A DNA stretch of 64,000 bases, from NCBI GenBank assembly GCA_963674595.2, contig CAXXFV010000016.1, forward strand, positions 384,001-448,000, in the 5' to 3' direction. Below the pieces are notes generated by a model, which was not told where the DNA came from, did no database searches, and was given only the letters and a program-made list of their open reading frames with translations. This stretch comes from a bacterium (GTDB lineage: Bacteria > Zhuqueibacterota > Zhuqueibacteria > Residuimicrobiales > Krinioviventaceae). A program made the position numbers and the translations under genes. Below, piece after piece: positions 9,140-18,306 of the stretch. Positions within the stretch are counted from its first letter, which is position 1; each line of letters starts with the position of its first letter.

Positions 9140-9274
9140 TAAGATGGAAATAAAAAAATTATTTACTAAAAAAATTATTTACTAAAAATTTGTAATTAAA
9201 AAACAATAGTTTACGAGCTGTTGAAACGGACTGAAATTGTCGGTTTTGTGTTTTATAACAAAAAATTGAAATTT

Positions 9275-9290
9275 TGGCACAAACTCTGCT
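9275..9290 (+). promoter_or_regulatory. Sigma54 -24/-12 promoter of the polysaccharide/surface-protein cluster
   Basis: TGGCACaaactCTGCT with exact GG-N10-GC spacing; an NtrC-family gene lies nearby. Confidence 0.7.
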
Positions 9291-9314
9291 AAATAGTAGG
9301 CAGTAAGAGATGAT

Positions 9315-9437
9315 AATGTGATAAAGCTGACTCGCCCAAGTCTTCAGGTTTTATCACATTTGGGTCATGTAAGAAGAATAATTGTTAGGCGGTTATAGTT
9401 TACCTCGAAAATATGCTTACCATTTATTCCTCTTTAC
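9315..9437 (+). ncRNA. Structured 5' leader motif (copy 2)
   Basis: Stem AATGTGATAAA/TTTATCACATT encloses GACT-CGCCCA-AGTC and is followed by TGGGTCATGTAAGAAGAATA. Same core as 8689-8753 but with a different stem sequence. Confidence 0.6.
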
Positions 9438-9571
9438 TAATCAAATTGTAATCAATCGGTAACCCAAAAACTTTGTTTAGCGGGTTCCCTCACGCGCCTG
9501 TCAAAATCAGTGAAATAAACAGGCATAAATTAACTCGTAGCACTCTTGTGCCGGGTGGAGGATGATGAATA

Positions 9572-10873
9572 GTGAGGAAAGAGAGAGGATTTAAAATGAA
9601 ATTTAAACTTAATTTAGCATCAAAGATACCTGCATTGATACTTGGCTTGTGCAACAATGTTAAAAGCTATCTTTTCATTTTTTTGGTTTTAAGCATAACC
9701 TCTCAGAATGTTTATTCTGGTGCCATTAAGGCAAATTGGGATGCCAATACAGAACCAGATCTAAAAGGTTATAAGCTCTATTATGGTACAGTTCCTTCAG
9801 ATTATTTGAATTGGGAAAGTGTAGACGTTGGTAATGTAAACAGTTATCTTGTTGGGAATTTGGACGAAAATGTAACTTATTATTTTGTTGTAACGGCTTA
9901 TGATTCTTCTGGAAATGAAAGTGCTCCCTCTGATGAAGTAAGTGCTCTGGTCACAGGACCGCAAGCCACTGCATCTGTGAGTGGAGATAGTATTATTGTA
10001 AGATGGACTTTTATTTTAGATGCAGACAGTTATGAAATTTTTCAGGGAACAGAACCTTTCTTTACACCGGGAACACCTGTTGCAACTATAACAGAAAACA
10101 GTTGGATTGATACTTCTTTCCCGCAGGTACCTGACACGGCTGCTTATTATATTGTTAAAGCTATGTCGGGTGGTTCAGTATCTCATACATTTAATACAAT
10201 CGGCGCTTATAACGTTCCCATTAAATATGGTAATAACCTTGTTTCGTTACCATTTGCACAGACAGATTCATCTTTGTGTGGTGTATTGGGAACACAGTTA
10301 CATGGAGCTACAAACGCCGTTCAGGCTGATAAAGTTTATATACGTGAAAATGATGCTTATTCGCAAGCATGGTTGGTTGAAGGAACAACCAGTCCTCTTG
10401 AAGGGAAATGGGTAACACCGGCTGGTGATGGTGAATCCACACTTAAAATTAATCCATCAGAATCATTTTGGATCATTAGTCGCTCAATAGAAGGGGACTC
10501 TCTATTTACAATGACCGGAACAGTAAATCCTGATTCTAATCGTGCTGTTTCACTTGTGCCCGGACCGAATTTTGTCTCTGTCCCTTATCCTGTAGAAGTC
10601 TCTTTAACCCAGGGCGGGCTTAATGAAGAAGGTGTGATCGAAGGTAGTTATTACCTGGCCGGATCTGATAAAGTTATGATGTGGACTGGAAGTAAATATG
10701 AAATTGCCTGGTTGGTTGACGGCACAAATACATCATGGGATGGAAAGTGGGTCAATGAAAGAGGCGACAGCGAAACCACAATGACTTTAAAACCAGGAAG
10801 AGGCTATATCATTTGGATTAAAAACGAAGGCCCTGCCAGAACCTGGAAGTTTCCAAATCCAAAGTATAATTGA
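9572..10873 (+). CDS. Secreted FN3-domain surface protein (start probably 9596)
   Basis: Signal-like N-terminus; FN3 segment WDANTEPDLKGYKLYYG...YYFVVTAYDSSGNES; two internal repeats (W..LVEGT...GKWV...G...LK). Confidence 0.8.
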   Translation: MRKERGFKMKFKLNLASKIPALILGLCNNVKSYLFIFLVLSITSQNVYSGAIKANWDANTEPDLKGYKLYYGTVPSDYLNWESVDVGNVNSYLVGNLDENVTYYFVVTAYDSSGNESAPSDEVSALVTGPQATASVSGDSIIVRWTFILDADSYEIFQGTEPFFTPGTPVATITENSWIDTSFPQVPDTAAYYIVKAMSGGSVSHTFNTIGAYNVPIKYGNNLVSLPFAQTDSSLCGVLGTQLHGATNAVQADKVYIRENDAYSQAWLVEGTTSPLEGKWVTPAGDGESTLKINPSESFWIISRSIEGDSLFTMTGTVNPDSNRAVSLVPGPNFVSVPYPVEVSLTQGGLNEEGVIEGSYYLAGSDKVMMWTGSKYEIAWLVDGTNTSWDGKWVNERGDSETTMTLKPGRGYIIWIKNEGPARTWKFPNPKYN

Positions 10874-10906
10874 TAATTTAAGATTTTTTTTATAAAGGAG
10901 AATTCG

Positions 10907-11977
10907 ATGAGACATCAGTCATATTTTACTATAACCCTTTGGGTTGCCGTGCTTGCACTATTATTTGGTACGGCTTTGTTTGCAGGGCAAATTGATGCTT
11001 ATTCATTGACCGGAATTTATGACGTTGACGGAATAACCTATTTACAGGGTAATACCACATCCGGTGACCTGGTACAGTTGATCCTTGCAGGCGGAAATGG
11101 ACAGATTGATGAACCGGATACGCTGGGTAATGTAACAGGCGATGATGTGCTTTTAGGCACTTCTCATATCGGTTATGGGTTTCCATTTAATCCTAACGAA
11201 GGCAAATTTTCAACTACATTTACTAATGACCTGTTGGTTTCCGGAGCTGTTGTATACGTTCGTGCCTGGAATGTTGCTGCTGTTACAAGTTCAAATGATG
11301 CCTATGGTGATTCGGAACTGTATACTTTGAACAGTGATTTTGAAGAAAATGATTTCGGTACCTGGAGCTGTGTTGATCTTAACAGCACACCTGTTGAAAT
11401 GACCTCCTTTAAAGTCTCTACAAAATCCGGAGTAACCGTCCTTGAATGGACAACTCAAACAGAGACCGATAATTTGGGTTTTTATGTTTATCGTTCAAAA
11501 TACAAAACCGGTAAACGTGAACGTTTAAACAGTAAAATTATTCCTGGCGCAATTAATTCCGAAGTTCGTCATGATTATGAATTTGCAGATCGTAAAATAG
11601 AATCTCAAACTGAATATTATTATTGGATTGCTGATATATCTGTTAATGGAAGCGCCATTTTTCATGGTCCCCAGAAAATTGTAACAGCCGCCAAACCGGA
11701 TCAATACAAGCTTGATCAAAATTTCCCAAATCCTTTTAACCCGACAACAACCATTCAATATGCACTTAAAGATGATGGTTTTGTAAGTCTTCAGATTTTT
11801 AATATCCGCGGTCAGCTTGTTCGCAATTTAGTAAATTCAAATCAGTTCTCTGGTGAACATGCCATCATGTGGGATGGTATGTCGGATAACGGAATGCATG
11901 TGGCCTCCGGCATTTACTTTTTCCGAATTAAAGTAAATGACTATGTTGAAACACGAAAAATGTCTTTAATGAAATAG
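10907..11977 (+). CDS. Secreted protein with a FlgD-Ig/T9SS type-A-like C-terminal sorting domain
   Basis: AAGGAG RBS and signal peptide; PVEMTSF motif; C-terminus LDQNFPNPFNPTTTIQY...WDG...SGIYF...KMSLMK. Confidence 0.88.
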   Translation: MRHQSYFTITLWVAVLALLFGTALFAGQIDAYSLTGIYDVDGITYLQGNTTSGDLVQLILAGGNGQIDEPDTLGNVTGDDVLLGTSHIGYGFPFNPNEGKFSTTFTNDLLVSGAVVYVRAWNVAAVTSSNDAYGDSELYTLNSDFEENDFGTWSCVDLNSTPVEMTSFKVSTKSGVTVLEWTTQTETDNLGFYVYRSKYKTGKRERLNSKIIPGAINSEVRHDYEFADRKIESQTEYYYWIADISVNGSAIFHGPQKIVTAAKPDQYKLDQNFPNPFNPTTTIQYALKDDGFVSLQIFNIRGQLVRNLVNSNQFSGEHAIMWDGMSDNGMHVASGIYFFRIKVNDYVETRKMSLMK

Positions 11978-11986
11978 TAATTCAAG

Positions 11987-12014
11987 TAGGAAGAGAACAT
12001 TGCTTCTCTTCCTA
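11987..12014 (+). other. Strong intergenic hairpin without a U-tract
   Basis: TAGGAAGAGAA-cattgc-TTCTCTTCCTA. Confidence 0.6.
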
Positions 12015-12079
12015 AGGAATTTGAATAATGATATTGATGAAAATATAATAGACGAGAAATAATAGAGAGCACTTTTTTT

Positions 12080-12925
12080 ATGCCTACTTTACTAAAAAAA
12101 ATTTTTTTTACTAACGATTATCAATATCACAGTTGTCAAAGATCATGTGTGTTGGGTAAAGGTGTGAGGGTAAACATGAAAACAAAGAGTATAAGATGGA
12201 TAAATTTGATTTTAACAACATCAATGATTTTATCCATGTCGTGTGCTATGCAAACTCGAAAGAGCAGCAGGCAAACAGCTAAAACAAAAGTAAATGCATC
12301 TCAGCCCGTTCAACAAAATTTTTCTAATAAAAAATTAGAGTATACTTTTGGATATGGGGATCAGATAGAAGTTAAATTTTTTAACAATTCGGATTATAAT
12401 GAAACTGTTAATGTTCGTCCGGATGGACGTATCTCTTTGCAGCGAGTTGGTGATATTCCTGTTGTTGGAATGACACCACGTCAATTAGATGACATTGTTA
12501 CTAAAATTTATAGTGAAATTCTTATTGACCCGGATGTAACAGTCCTCGTGCGTGAGTTCGGTGGTCAGGATGTTTATGTAATGGGTGAAGTGGACAAACC
12601 TGGTAAATATCCTGTCACAAAAGGGATGACACTGCTGCGTGCAATAGCGACAGCCGGTGGCCCCAAGAATACTGCAAAGTTAAACAGCATTGTTTTGATG
12701 CGAGGCGGTCCTGATCAGGCAACACAAGCGACACGCGTTAATTTGGAAATGTCTGCTATAAAAGAAAAACCATCTATTGATATTCCGGTTAATGCCTATG
12801 ACGTTATTTATGTCCCGCGTACATTTATCGCTGATGTCAACAAGTTTGTTGGTCAGGTGTATGATTTTGTGTTACCTCCATTTGATGTATGGTCCCGATA
12901 TACAATATATTCGGGTCGAAATTAG
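12080..12925 (+). CDS. wza: Polysaccharide export lipoprotein, Wza/OPX family (start probably 12176)
   Basis: Lipobox SMSC; YTFGYGDQIEV...VRPDGRISL; SLBB segment VYVMGEVDKPG. Confidence 0.9.
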   Translation: MPTLLKKIFFTNDYQYHSCQRSCVLGKGVRVNMKTKSIRWINLILTTSMILSMSCAMQTRKSSRQTAKTKVNASQPVQQNFSNKKLEYTFGYGDQIEVKFFNNSDYNETVNVRPDGRISLQRVGDIPVVGMTPRQLDDIVTKIYSEILIDPDVTVLVREFGGQDVYVMGEVDKPGKYPVTKGMTLLRAIATAGGPKNTAKLNSIVLMRGGPDQATQATRVNLEMSAIKEKPSIDIPVNAYDVIYVPRTFIADVNKFVGQVYDFVLPPFDVWSRYTIYSGRN

Positions 12926-12969
12926 GTAACCAAGGTGTGGTTGAGCTGAAAAGCAATTAGGAGTTTATT

Positions 12970-14481
12970 ATGATAGAATATAGTCATTACGACAGTCCAA
13001 TGTCACCACATAGCTTTTTAAGCATTGTTCATAAACGGCGCATGTTGATTTTGACTTTATTTGTGCTGGTTGTCGGTGCGGCAACGGCTGCAGCATTTTT
13101 GCTGACTCCCGTTTATGAATCATCTGCAAAGGTGATGGTAAACTATCCGTATGATAATGAAAAAGCCCATTTATTGGGTTTAAACAATTCATCAAGTCGG
13201 CCGGAATATGATCGTTTGGCATCTGAGCTTGTTATTTTTAAAATGCGAAGTGTTTTGGAACCAGTCGTAAATAAATTAGCACTGGACCAACCTGTTGAAG
13301 GTGAACCGGTAACAACACCACAAGAAGCGGCACGTTTGCATGACGAAACGATTGCACGGGTGGCAAAAAAATTAAATGTAGAGCGTGAAAAAAATACAAA
13401 TATTTTAAACATAAGTTATCTGGATCCTGATCCACGATTAGCTGCCAATATCGTTGACAAAGTTGTTACGGAATATATTGAACAAAGACCCGCTTTAGAC
13501 CGTGACGATCGTGCCTACCAGTTTTTTGATGAACAAATTAATGAAATCAAAAGCCGAATTGATGACATGGAACGGAAACAAATGCACTACAAACGTCAGG
13601 AGCACGTGTTGTTGCCTGACCAACAGTCTCAAATTTTGTTTTCATCCTTGTCTGATTTTGACAGCGAATTAACCCAGGTTAGATCAAAACGTATTTCAAA
13701 AGAAGCCAAACTGAAAATTATCCGGGAACAAATTGCTTCCGGCAAAGACATTGCTATACCAACAACCGAAACAAGTGAAAGTACAAGCCGACACGAATAT
13801 TTGAATGAATTGAAAAAAACACTGTTAAAGCTTGAACTGAGAAAGGCAACTTTGGAGAAAAAATATACGGCAAAGCACCCGGATTTGGTCAATGTTGTGT
13901 CTGATATTCGTGAAACAAAACAAAGTTTGGAAAAAGAGGTCAATGAAATTATCCAGGCTGAAGAAGCCAGTATAAAAGCATTAATGGCCCAGGAACAAGC
14001 ACTTGTCGGAAGTATGAATCAGGTTGTTAATTCCGTTAAACATCTTTCTCAGCAAGAATACGAATTAGGCAAGTTGAGTATTGGAATTGACGATATGCGG
14101 ATGGTTTATTCAATGTTGTTACGTCAACGTGAAGAAGCAAGAATTTCCGCAAGTAAAAAAGAATATTTGGTTCAGGTCCGCTTGCTGGAACCCGCTCTTG
14201 TGCCGTATGCACCGGCAAAACCTAATAAACCTTTGTTTATTACATTGGGCTTTGTTCTTGGAATATTCGTTTCTTTTGGATTCGCGTTTTTCCTGGAATA
14301 TTTTGACCATTCTGTAAATACTGTTGAAGATGCTCATCACTGTCTTGGCCTTCCGATTTTGGCTGCCATACCGGATTTTCGTACAACAAATGGAAATGGT
14401 CATCAGCTTGAATCAAAGCACAACGGACAATATACCATTGATGAGAAAGTAATTTCTAAAGTAAAATTTGAAGAAGAATAG
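12970..14481 (+). CDS. Polysaccharide co-polymerase / chain-length determinant (GumC/Wzc N-terminal type)
   Basis: Two TM helices flank a coiled coil; TPVYESSA, YTAKHPDL and PAKPNK motifs. Confidence 0.9.
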   Translation: MIEYSHYDSPMSPHSFLSIVHKRRMLILTLFVLVVGAATAAAFLLTPVYESSAKVMVNYPYDNEKAHLLGLNNSSSRPEYDRLASELVIFKMRSVLEPVVNKLALDQPVEGEPVTTPQEAARLHDETIARVAKKLNVEREKNTNILNISYLDPDPRLAANIVDKVVTEYIEQRPALDRDDRAYQFFDEQINEIKSRIDDMERKQMHYKRQEHVLLPDQQSQILFSSLSDFDSELTQVRSKRISKEAKLKIIREQIASGKDIAIPTTETSESTSRHEYLNELKKTLLKLELRKATLEKKYTAKHPDLVNVVSDIRETKQSLEKEVNEIIQAEEASIKALMAQEQALVGSMNQVVNSVKHLSQQEYELGKLSIGIDDMRMVYSMLLRQREEARISASKKEYLVQVRLLEPALVPYAPAKPNKPLFITLGFVLGIFVSFGFAFFLEYFDHSVNTVEDAHHCLGLPILAAIPDFRTTNGNGHQLESKHNGQYTIDEKVISKVKFEEE

Positions 14482-14529
14482 AATTATGCAATATAGAAAG
14501 TTAATAACTCTTTTTAAGGAGGCAACCAA

Positions 14530-14751
14530 ATGAAAAATTTACTCAAAGTCAAAAGATGGGAAGCCGGACTGAAACAGTACGAATTGGCTTTTTTACTGGG
14601 CTGCAGTTCAACCTATCTTTCTCTGGTTGAGAACGGCAGAATTGAAGCAACGACTGAATTTAAGAAAAAAGCTGCTGAAATTTTTAACATTGACGTAGAA
14701 GAACTGTTTGCTGAAAAACATTATGAAGCAAAAGCATTGGTAGTTGACTGA
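14530..14751 (+). CDS. XRE-family HTH transcriptional regulator
   Basis: LKQYELAFLLGCSSTYLSLVENGR; strong AAGGAGG RBS. Confidence 0.88.
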   Translation: MKNLLKVKRWEAGLKQYELAFLLGCSSTYLSLVENGRIEATTEFKKKAAEIFNIDVEELFAEKHYEAKALVVD

Positions 14752-14757
14752 TAAGCC

Positions 14758-15813
14758 ATGCGGAATTATCACGTTAATAAAATTAATTTTGAACTTTGTG
14801 AGGCCAACATGTACTTGAAACATTTTAAACTTAATGAAGAACCCTTTGGTTCAACACACGATCCCAGGTTTCTTTATAGAAGCGACATTCATCAGGACGC
14901 GTTGGATCGCTTGGTTACATCGGTTTCAATGATGCGCGGAATTAATGCCATCATCGGTGAGCCTGGTTTGGGGAAAAGCCTTTTGATTCGTACCCTGGTA
15001 AGCGGTCTTAACAAATCAGTGAATTTTGCGTGGGTTTTTAACACAACCTTAAATTCTCGTGAATTGATTAAGTATATTTGTCGCGATTTTGGATTCACCC
15101 CTAAAGGTGATGACTTGAGCGATTTGTTACTGGAACTGTACTCATTTTTGATTAAAGAATATGAAGCTGGAAAGACAAATGTTTTAATCGTTGATGAGGC
15201 CCAGAATTTAAAGCCGTCTGTTTTAGAAGAAATTCGGCAGTTGTCAAACATTGAAACAACGAAAAGAAAATTATTACAGGTCATTTTGTCCGGTCAACCG
15301 CAGTTGGATGTACATCTTGACCACCCGGCACTGCACCAACTAAAACAACGAATTACTTTTAAAGCAATTTTAAAACGACTGAAATTGCAGGATACCAAAC
15401 AATATATTTTACATCGGTTACAGGTTGCTGGTGCAAAACGTAATGATATTTTTACGGAAAAAGCAATGGAAGCCGTTTATAAAATATCAGACGGTGTGCC
15501 ACGGTTAATCAATCAGATTTGTGATAATGCGTTGATGGTAGCTGCTAAACGGAAAATGAAACAGATTGATTCCGTGCTTGTCATTGAACTTGTGGAGAAA
15601 AGTATCGTAACACCTGCAAGTTTAACTCCGGATTTGTCAAAATTGGCACAATACCAGGCACAGAAAAAAATTGTTTTGCGTAAAAAAACGTTTATAAAAA
15701 AATCTGCCAACCCTGTAATGCAGAATAAACCCAAGGCTTTTGAAGATATATCCCTCAAAGATTCGCTGGAAAGTTTTTCAGCTCTGAATCTTGGAGAGTT
15801 GGCAATTAATTAA
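14758..15813 (+). CDS. ExeA/GspA-family AAA ATPase (start probably 14809)
   Basis: YLKHFKLNEEPF, Walker A GEPGLGKS, Walker B LIVDEAQNL, GQPQL and GVPRLINQICDNAL. Confidence 0.9.
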   Translation: MRNYHVNKINFELCEANMYLKHFKLNEEPFGSTHDPRFLYRSDIHQDALDRLVTSVSMMRGINAIIGEPGLGKSLLIRTLVSGLNKSVNFAWVFNTTLNSRELIKYICRDFGFTPKGDDLSDLLLELYSFLIKEYEAGKTNVLIVDEAQNLKPSVLEEIRQLSNIETTKRKLLQVILSGQPQLDVHLDHPALHQLKQRITFKAILKRLKLQDTKQYILHRLQVAGAKRNDIFTEKAMEAVYKISDGVPRLINQICDNALMVAAKRKMKQIDSVLVIELVEKSIVTPASLTPDLSKLAQYQAQKKIVLRKKTFIKKSANPVMQNKPKAFEDISLKDSLESFSALNLGELAIN

Positions 15814-15863
15814 TAAAGCATCGCCTGAGAATCAATTTGATTCTTTTTGAATGAGGTAAGAAA

Positions 15864-16784
15864 ATGAGTACAATCCATCAAATGATCAATCATCTGGACC
15901 AACAGGAACTAGAAAGCCGTCCACAGATTGAACAACAAAATAAAGAAAAACGCGGCATTTTTGTATTTGACTTGCCCAATGAGATTATAAATGATTTTTA
16001 TGATCTTAAAGAATATATCCGTATTGCCAATACTCAGGGAAAGATGCGGGTTTTGTCTATTGCCAGTTCATTGCCAGGAGAAGGTGCATCAACTATAGCG
16101 ACTTATCTTTCCTTTTTAATGGCTGGTGGATTAGTCGAAAAGTTGAATCAAAAAGAAGAGCTGCCAAAGGATGATTTTGTACAAAACAAAATTACCCAAA
16201 AATTAAACAAAATGTTTACAGAGGAATTTCAAAATATCCATTTTAATGTTCCTAAAAATAGTAAACACACGTTTGATTTTAATACTGAAGAAAAGGTACA
16301 AAGAAAAAAACAACAAAATATTCTTCTTGTTGATGCCAATATACATCGTCCAAAACTTCACCGATATTTTGGTTTGGAAGCGGATAATGGACTAGCTGAG
16401 ATTCTGGAGTTTAATAAAGATTGGCAGGATTTAGCCAAACCTATTAAAGACAGCAATCTTGAGATAATTACAGCCGGACAGACCTCCATGAACCCTGTAG
16501 AACTGTTGAGCCGTGAAAGTTTCCAGCAAGTTTTGCAGGAATGGCAGGACATGTATCGTTATGTCATATTTAACTCACCTCCGGTTTTATCTTATGTTGA
16601 TGCATTGACCCTTTCTTCTATCGTTGACGGTGTTGTTCTTGTTGTCAGTGCCGGAAAAACACGGTGGGAAGTTGCTCAAAATGCAAAACGTAAACTTTTG
16701 GCTGCACAGTCCAAACTTTTGGGTGTGGCCCTGAATAGACGAAAAATGGACATCCCTGACGGACTTTATCAACGACTCGTTTAA
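15864..16784 (+). CDS. CpsD/CapB-type BY-kinase homologue with degenerate catalytic motifs
   Basis: SSLPGEGAST, LLVDANIHRP, VIFNSPPVL and LGVALNR. Confidence 0.85.
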   Translation: MSTIHQMINHLDQQELESRPQIEQQNKEKRGIFVFDLPNEIINDFYDLKEYIRIANTQGKMRVLSIASSLPGEGASTIATYLSFLMAGGLVEKLNQKEELPKDDFVQNKITQKLNKMFTEEFQNIHFNVPKNSKHTFDFNTEEKVQRKKQQNILLVDANIHRPKLHRYFGLEADNGLAEILEFNKDWQDLAKPIKDSNLEIITAGQTSMNPVELLSRESFQQVLQEWQDMYRYVIFNSPPVLSYVDALTLSSIVDGVVLVVSAGKTRWEVAQNAKRKLLAAQSKLLGVALNRRKMDIPDGLYQRLV

Positions 16785-16806
16785 TAAAAAACAGGATATA
16801 TAATTA

Positions 16807-18306
16807 ATGTCAACTTTAACTCAAAATCGCATTTCATACAAACCATATATGGTATTTGGTTTTTTCGTGCTGGTTACCTTTGCTGCTCTTGCAGCCGGGT
16901 ATTCTACATGGGCACTGGAACCAAAATGGGCGATTTTCAGTATTGCCGGCATTCTTTTTCCGTTTGTTATGTTTATCGTACGAAATGTTAAACGATTTTT
17001 GTTAGGAACATTGATATTTTCAATTCCATTAAACGCTGATTATAACTTTGTTTTTCATCCCAGTCCGGGTGGTGCTGATAGTTTTGGAATCGGTCTCTCG
17101 GATATTCTTTTATTCCTGTTGTTGGCCTATACCTTGATGCAGGCAGCCAGAATAAAAAAGAGTGGTACTTTACAAAGTTATCCGTCGATCATGATACCTT
17201 CACTGGCACTAATAATCATGAGTTTAATCTCAATGTTGGCCGCCAAAGATATCATGTGGAGTATGTTTGATATTCTTAATATGCTTCGGGCTGTTTTATT
17301 CTTTTTCCTGGTCGCCAATAACATTCAAAATAAAAATGATATCGTTTTTATCCTGCTTATGTTGTTTTTAGGACTTGTCTTCCAGGCAGGCATTGTTTGC
17401 TTACAAGCTTTTCGGGGAACAACATTAGGCCTCGCAGGGCTTGGCGAATGGGATGGTATGATTGACTATAATATGGTTACCACTGCCGCCGTTAGACCCG
17501 GTGGCACGATCGGACACGTAAATCACCTGGCAAGATACCTGGGATTGCTTGTTCCTATCGCTCTTATTTTGTCGCTTACTTTTAAGTCTAAAAAAATTCG
17601 AATTATATCCATGTTTGTTGCCGACGCCGGGATTGTAGCACTTGTTTACACCCTTACTCGTAGCTCATGGATAGGATTGATTGTTTCAACTTTGACCATG
17701 GTTTGGCTGGCTTTTATAAATAACCACTTTAGTTTACGCGCTTTGACACGTCTCGCTTTTGCCGGAGTTGCGTTTGTCATTATCCTCGTTGTGTTTAGCG
17801 ATTTTATTTGGGGAAGAATTATTACAGATGATTTTGGATCTGCAAATACACGTATTACAACATCCAAAGTAGCTTTAAATATTATTCAGGATCATCCTGT
17901 AATTGGTGTTGGAATTAATAATTACGGTTCGGTTTTGGAACAGTATTGGAATGTTCAAGATCCTTTTACAAGACGGGCCGCTGTTCATAATAATTTTTTA
18001 CTATATGCTGCTGAAATGGGTATCATAGGCTTGGCAATATATTTATGGCTGCTGGGCGCTGCTTTTCAAAGAATACTCAGAGCAATTAAAAGTTATTCAA
18101 AGTCACTTTCAATTATTGCTATAGGTATTATGGGAAGTTTTACCGGATATCTGGTTTCTGCCTTATCTGATAAAAGTTTTAAAGAAAATCTTACATTGTT
18201 GCTGGTTTTTTGGGGACTGCTGGCGTTGATTGAAGCAATTATTCGGTTGGATAAAGAGCAAAAAAGCAAAATGGTTTTTTGGAATAAACCAAAGGAATCT
18301 CTCTAA
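16807..18306 (+). CDS. O-antigen ligase / Wzy polymerase family membrane protein
   Basis: Polytopic; RPGGTIGHVN, TLTRSSW, HPVIGVG and HNNFL...EMGIIG. Confidence 0.85.
   Translation: MSTLTQNRISYKPYMVFGFFVLVTFAALAAGYSTWALEPKWAIFSIAGILFPFVMFIVRNVKRFLLGTLIFSIPLNADYNFVFHPSPGGADSFGIGLSDILLFLLLAYTLMQAARIKKSGTLQSYPSIMIPSLALIIMSLISMLAAKDIMWSMFDILNMLRAVLFFFLVANNIQNKNDIVFILLMLFLGLVFQAGIVCLQAFRGTTLGLAGLGEWDGMIDYNMVTTAAVRPGGTIGHVNHLARYLGLLVPIALILSLTFKSKKIRIISMFVADAGIVALVYTLTRSSWIGLIVSTLTMVWLAFINNHFSLRALTRLAFAGVAFVIILVVFSDFIWGRIITDDFGSANTRITTSKVALNIIQDHPVIGVGINNYGSVLEQYWNVQDPFTRRAAVHNNFLLYAAEMGIIGLAIYLWLLGAAFQRILRAIKSYSKSLSIIAIGIMGSFTGYLVSALSDKSFKENLTLLLVFWGLLALIEAIIRLDKEQKSKMVFWNKPKESL

Noticed and set aside
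9152-9188. Short tandem duplication (AAAAAATTATTTACT x2)
   Set aside because: Low-complexity AT-rich duplication; could be slippage or an assembly artefact.
8689-9380. The two repeats as a CRISPR remnant
   Set aside because: Only two copies, about 630 bp apart, with different stems and no cas genes.
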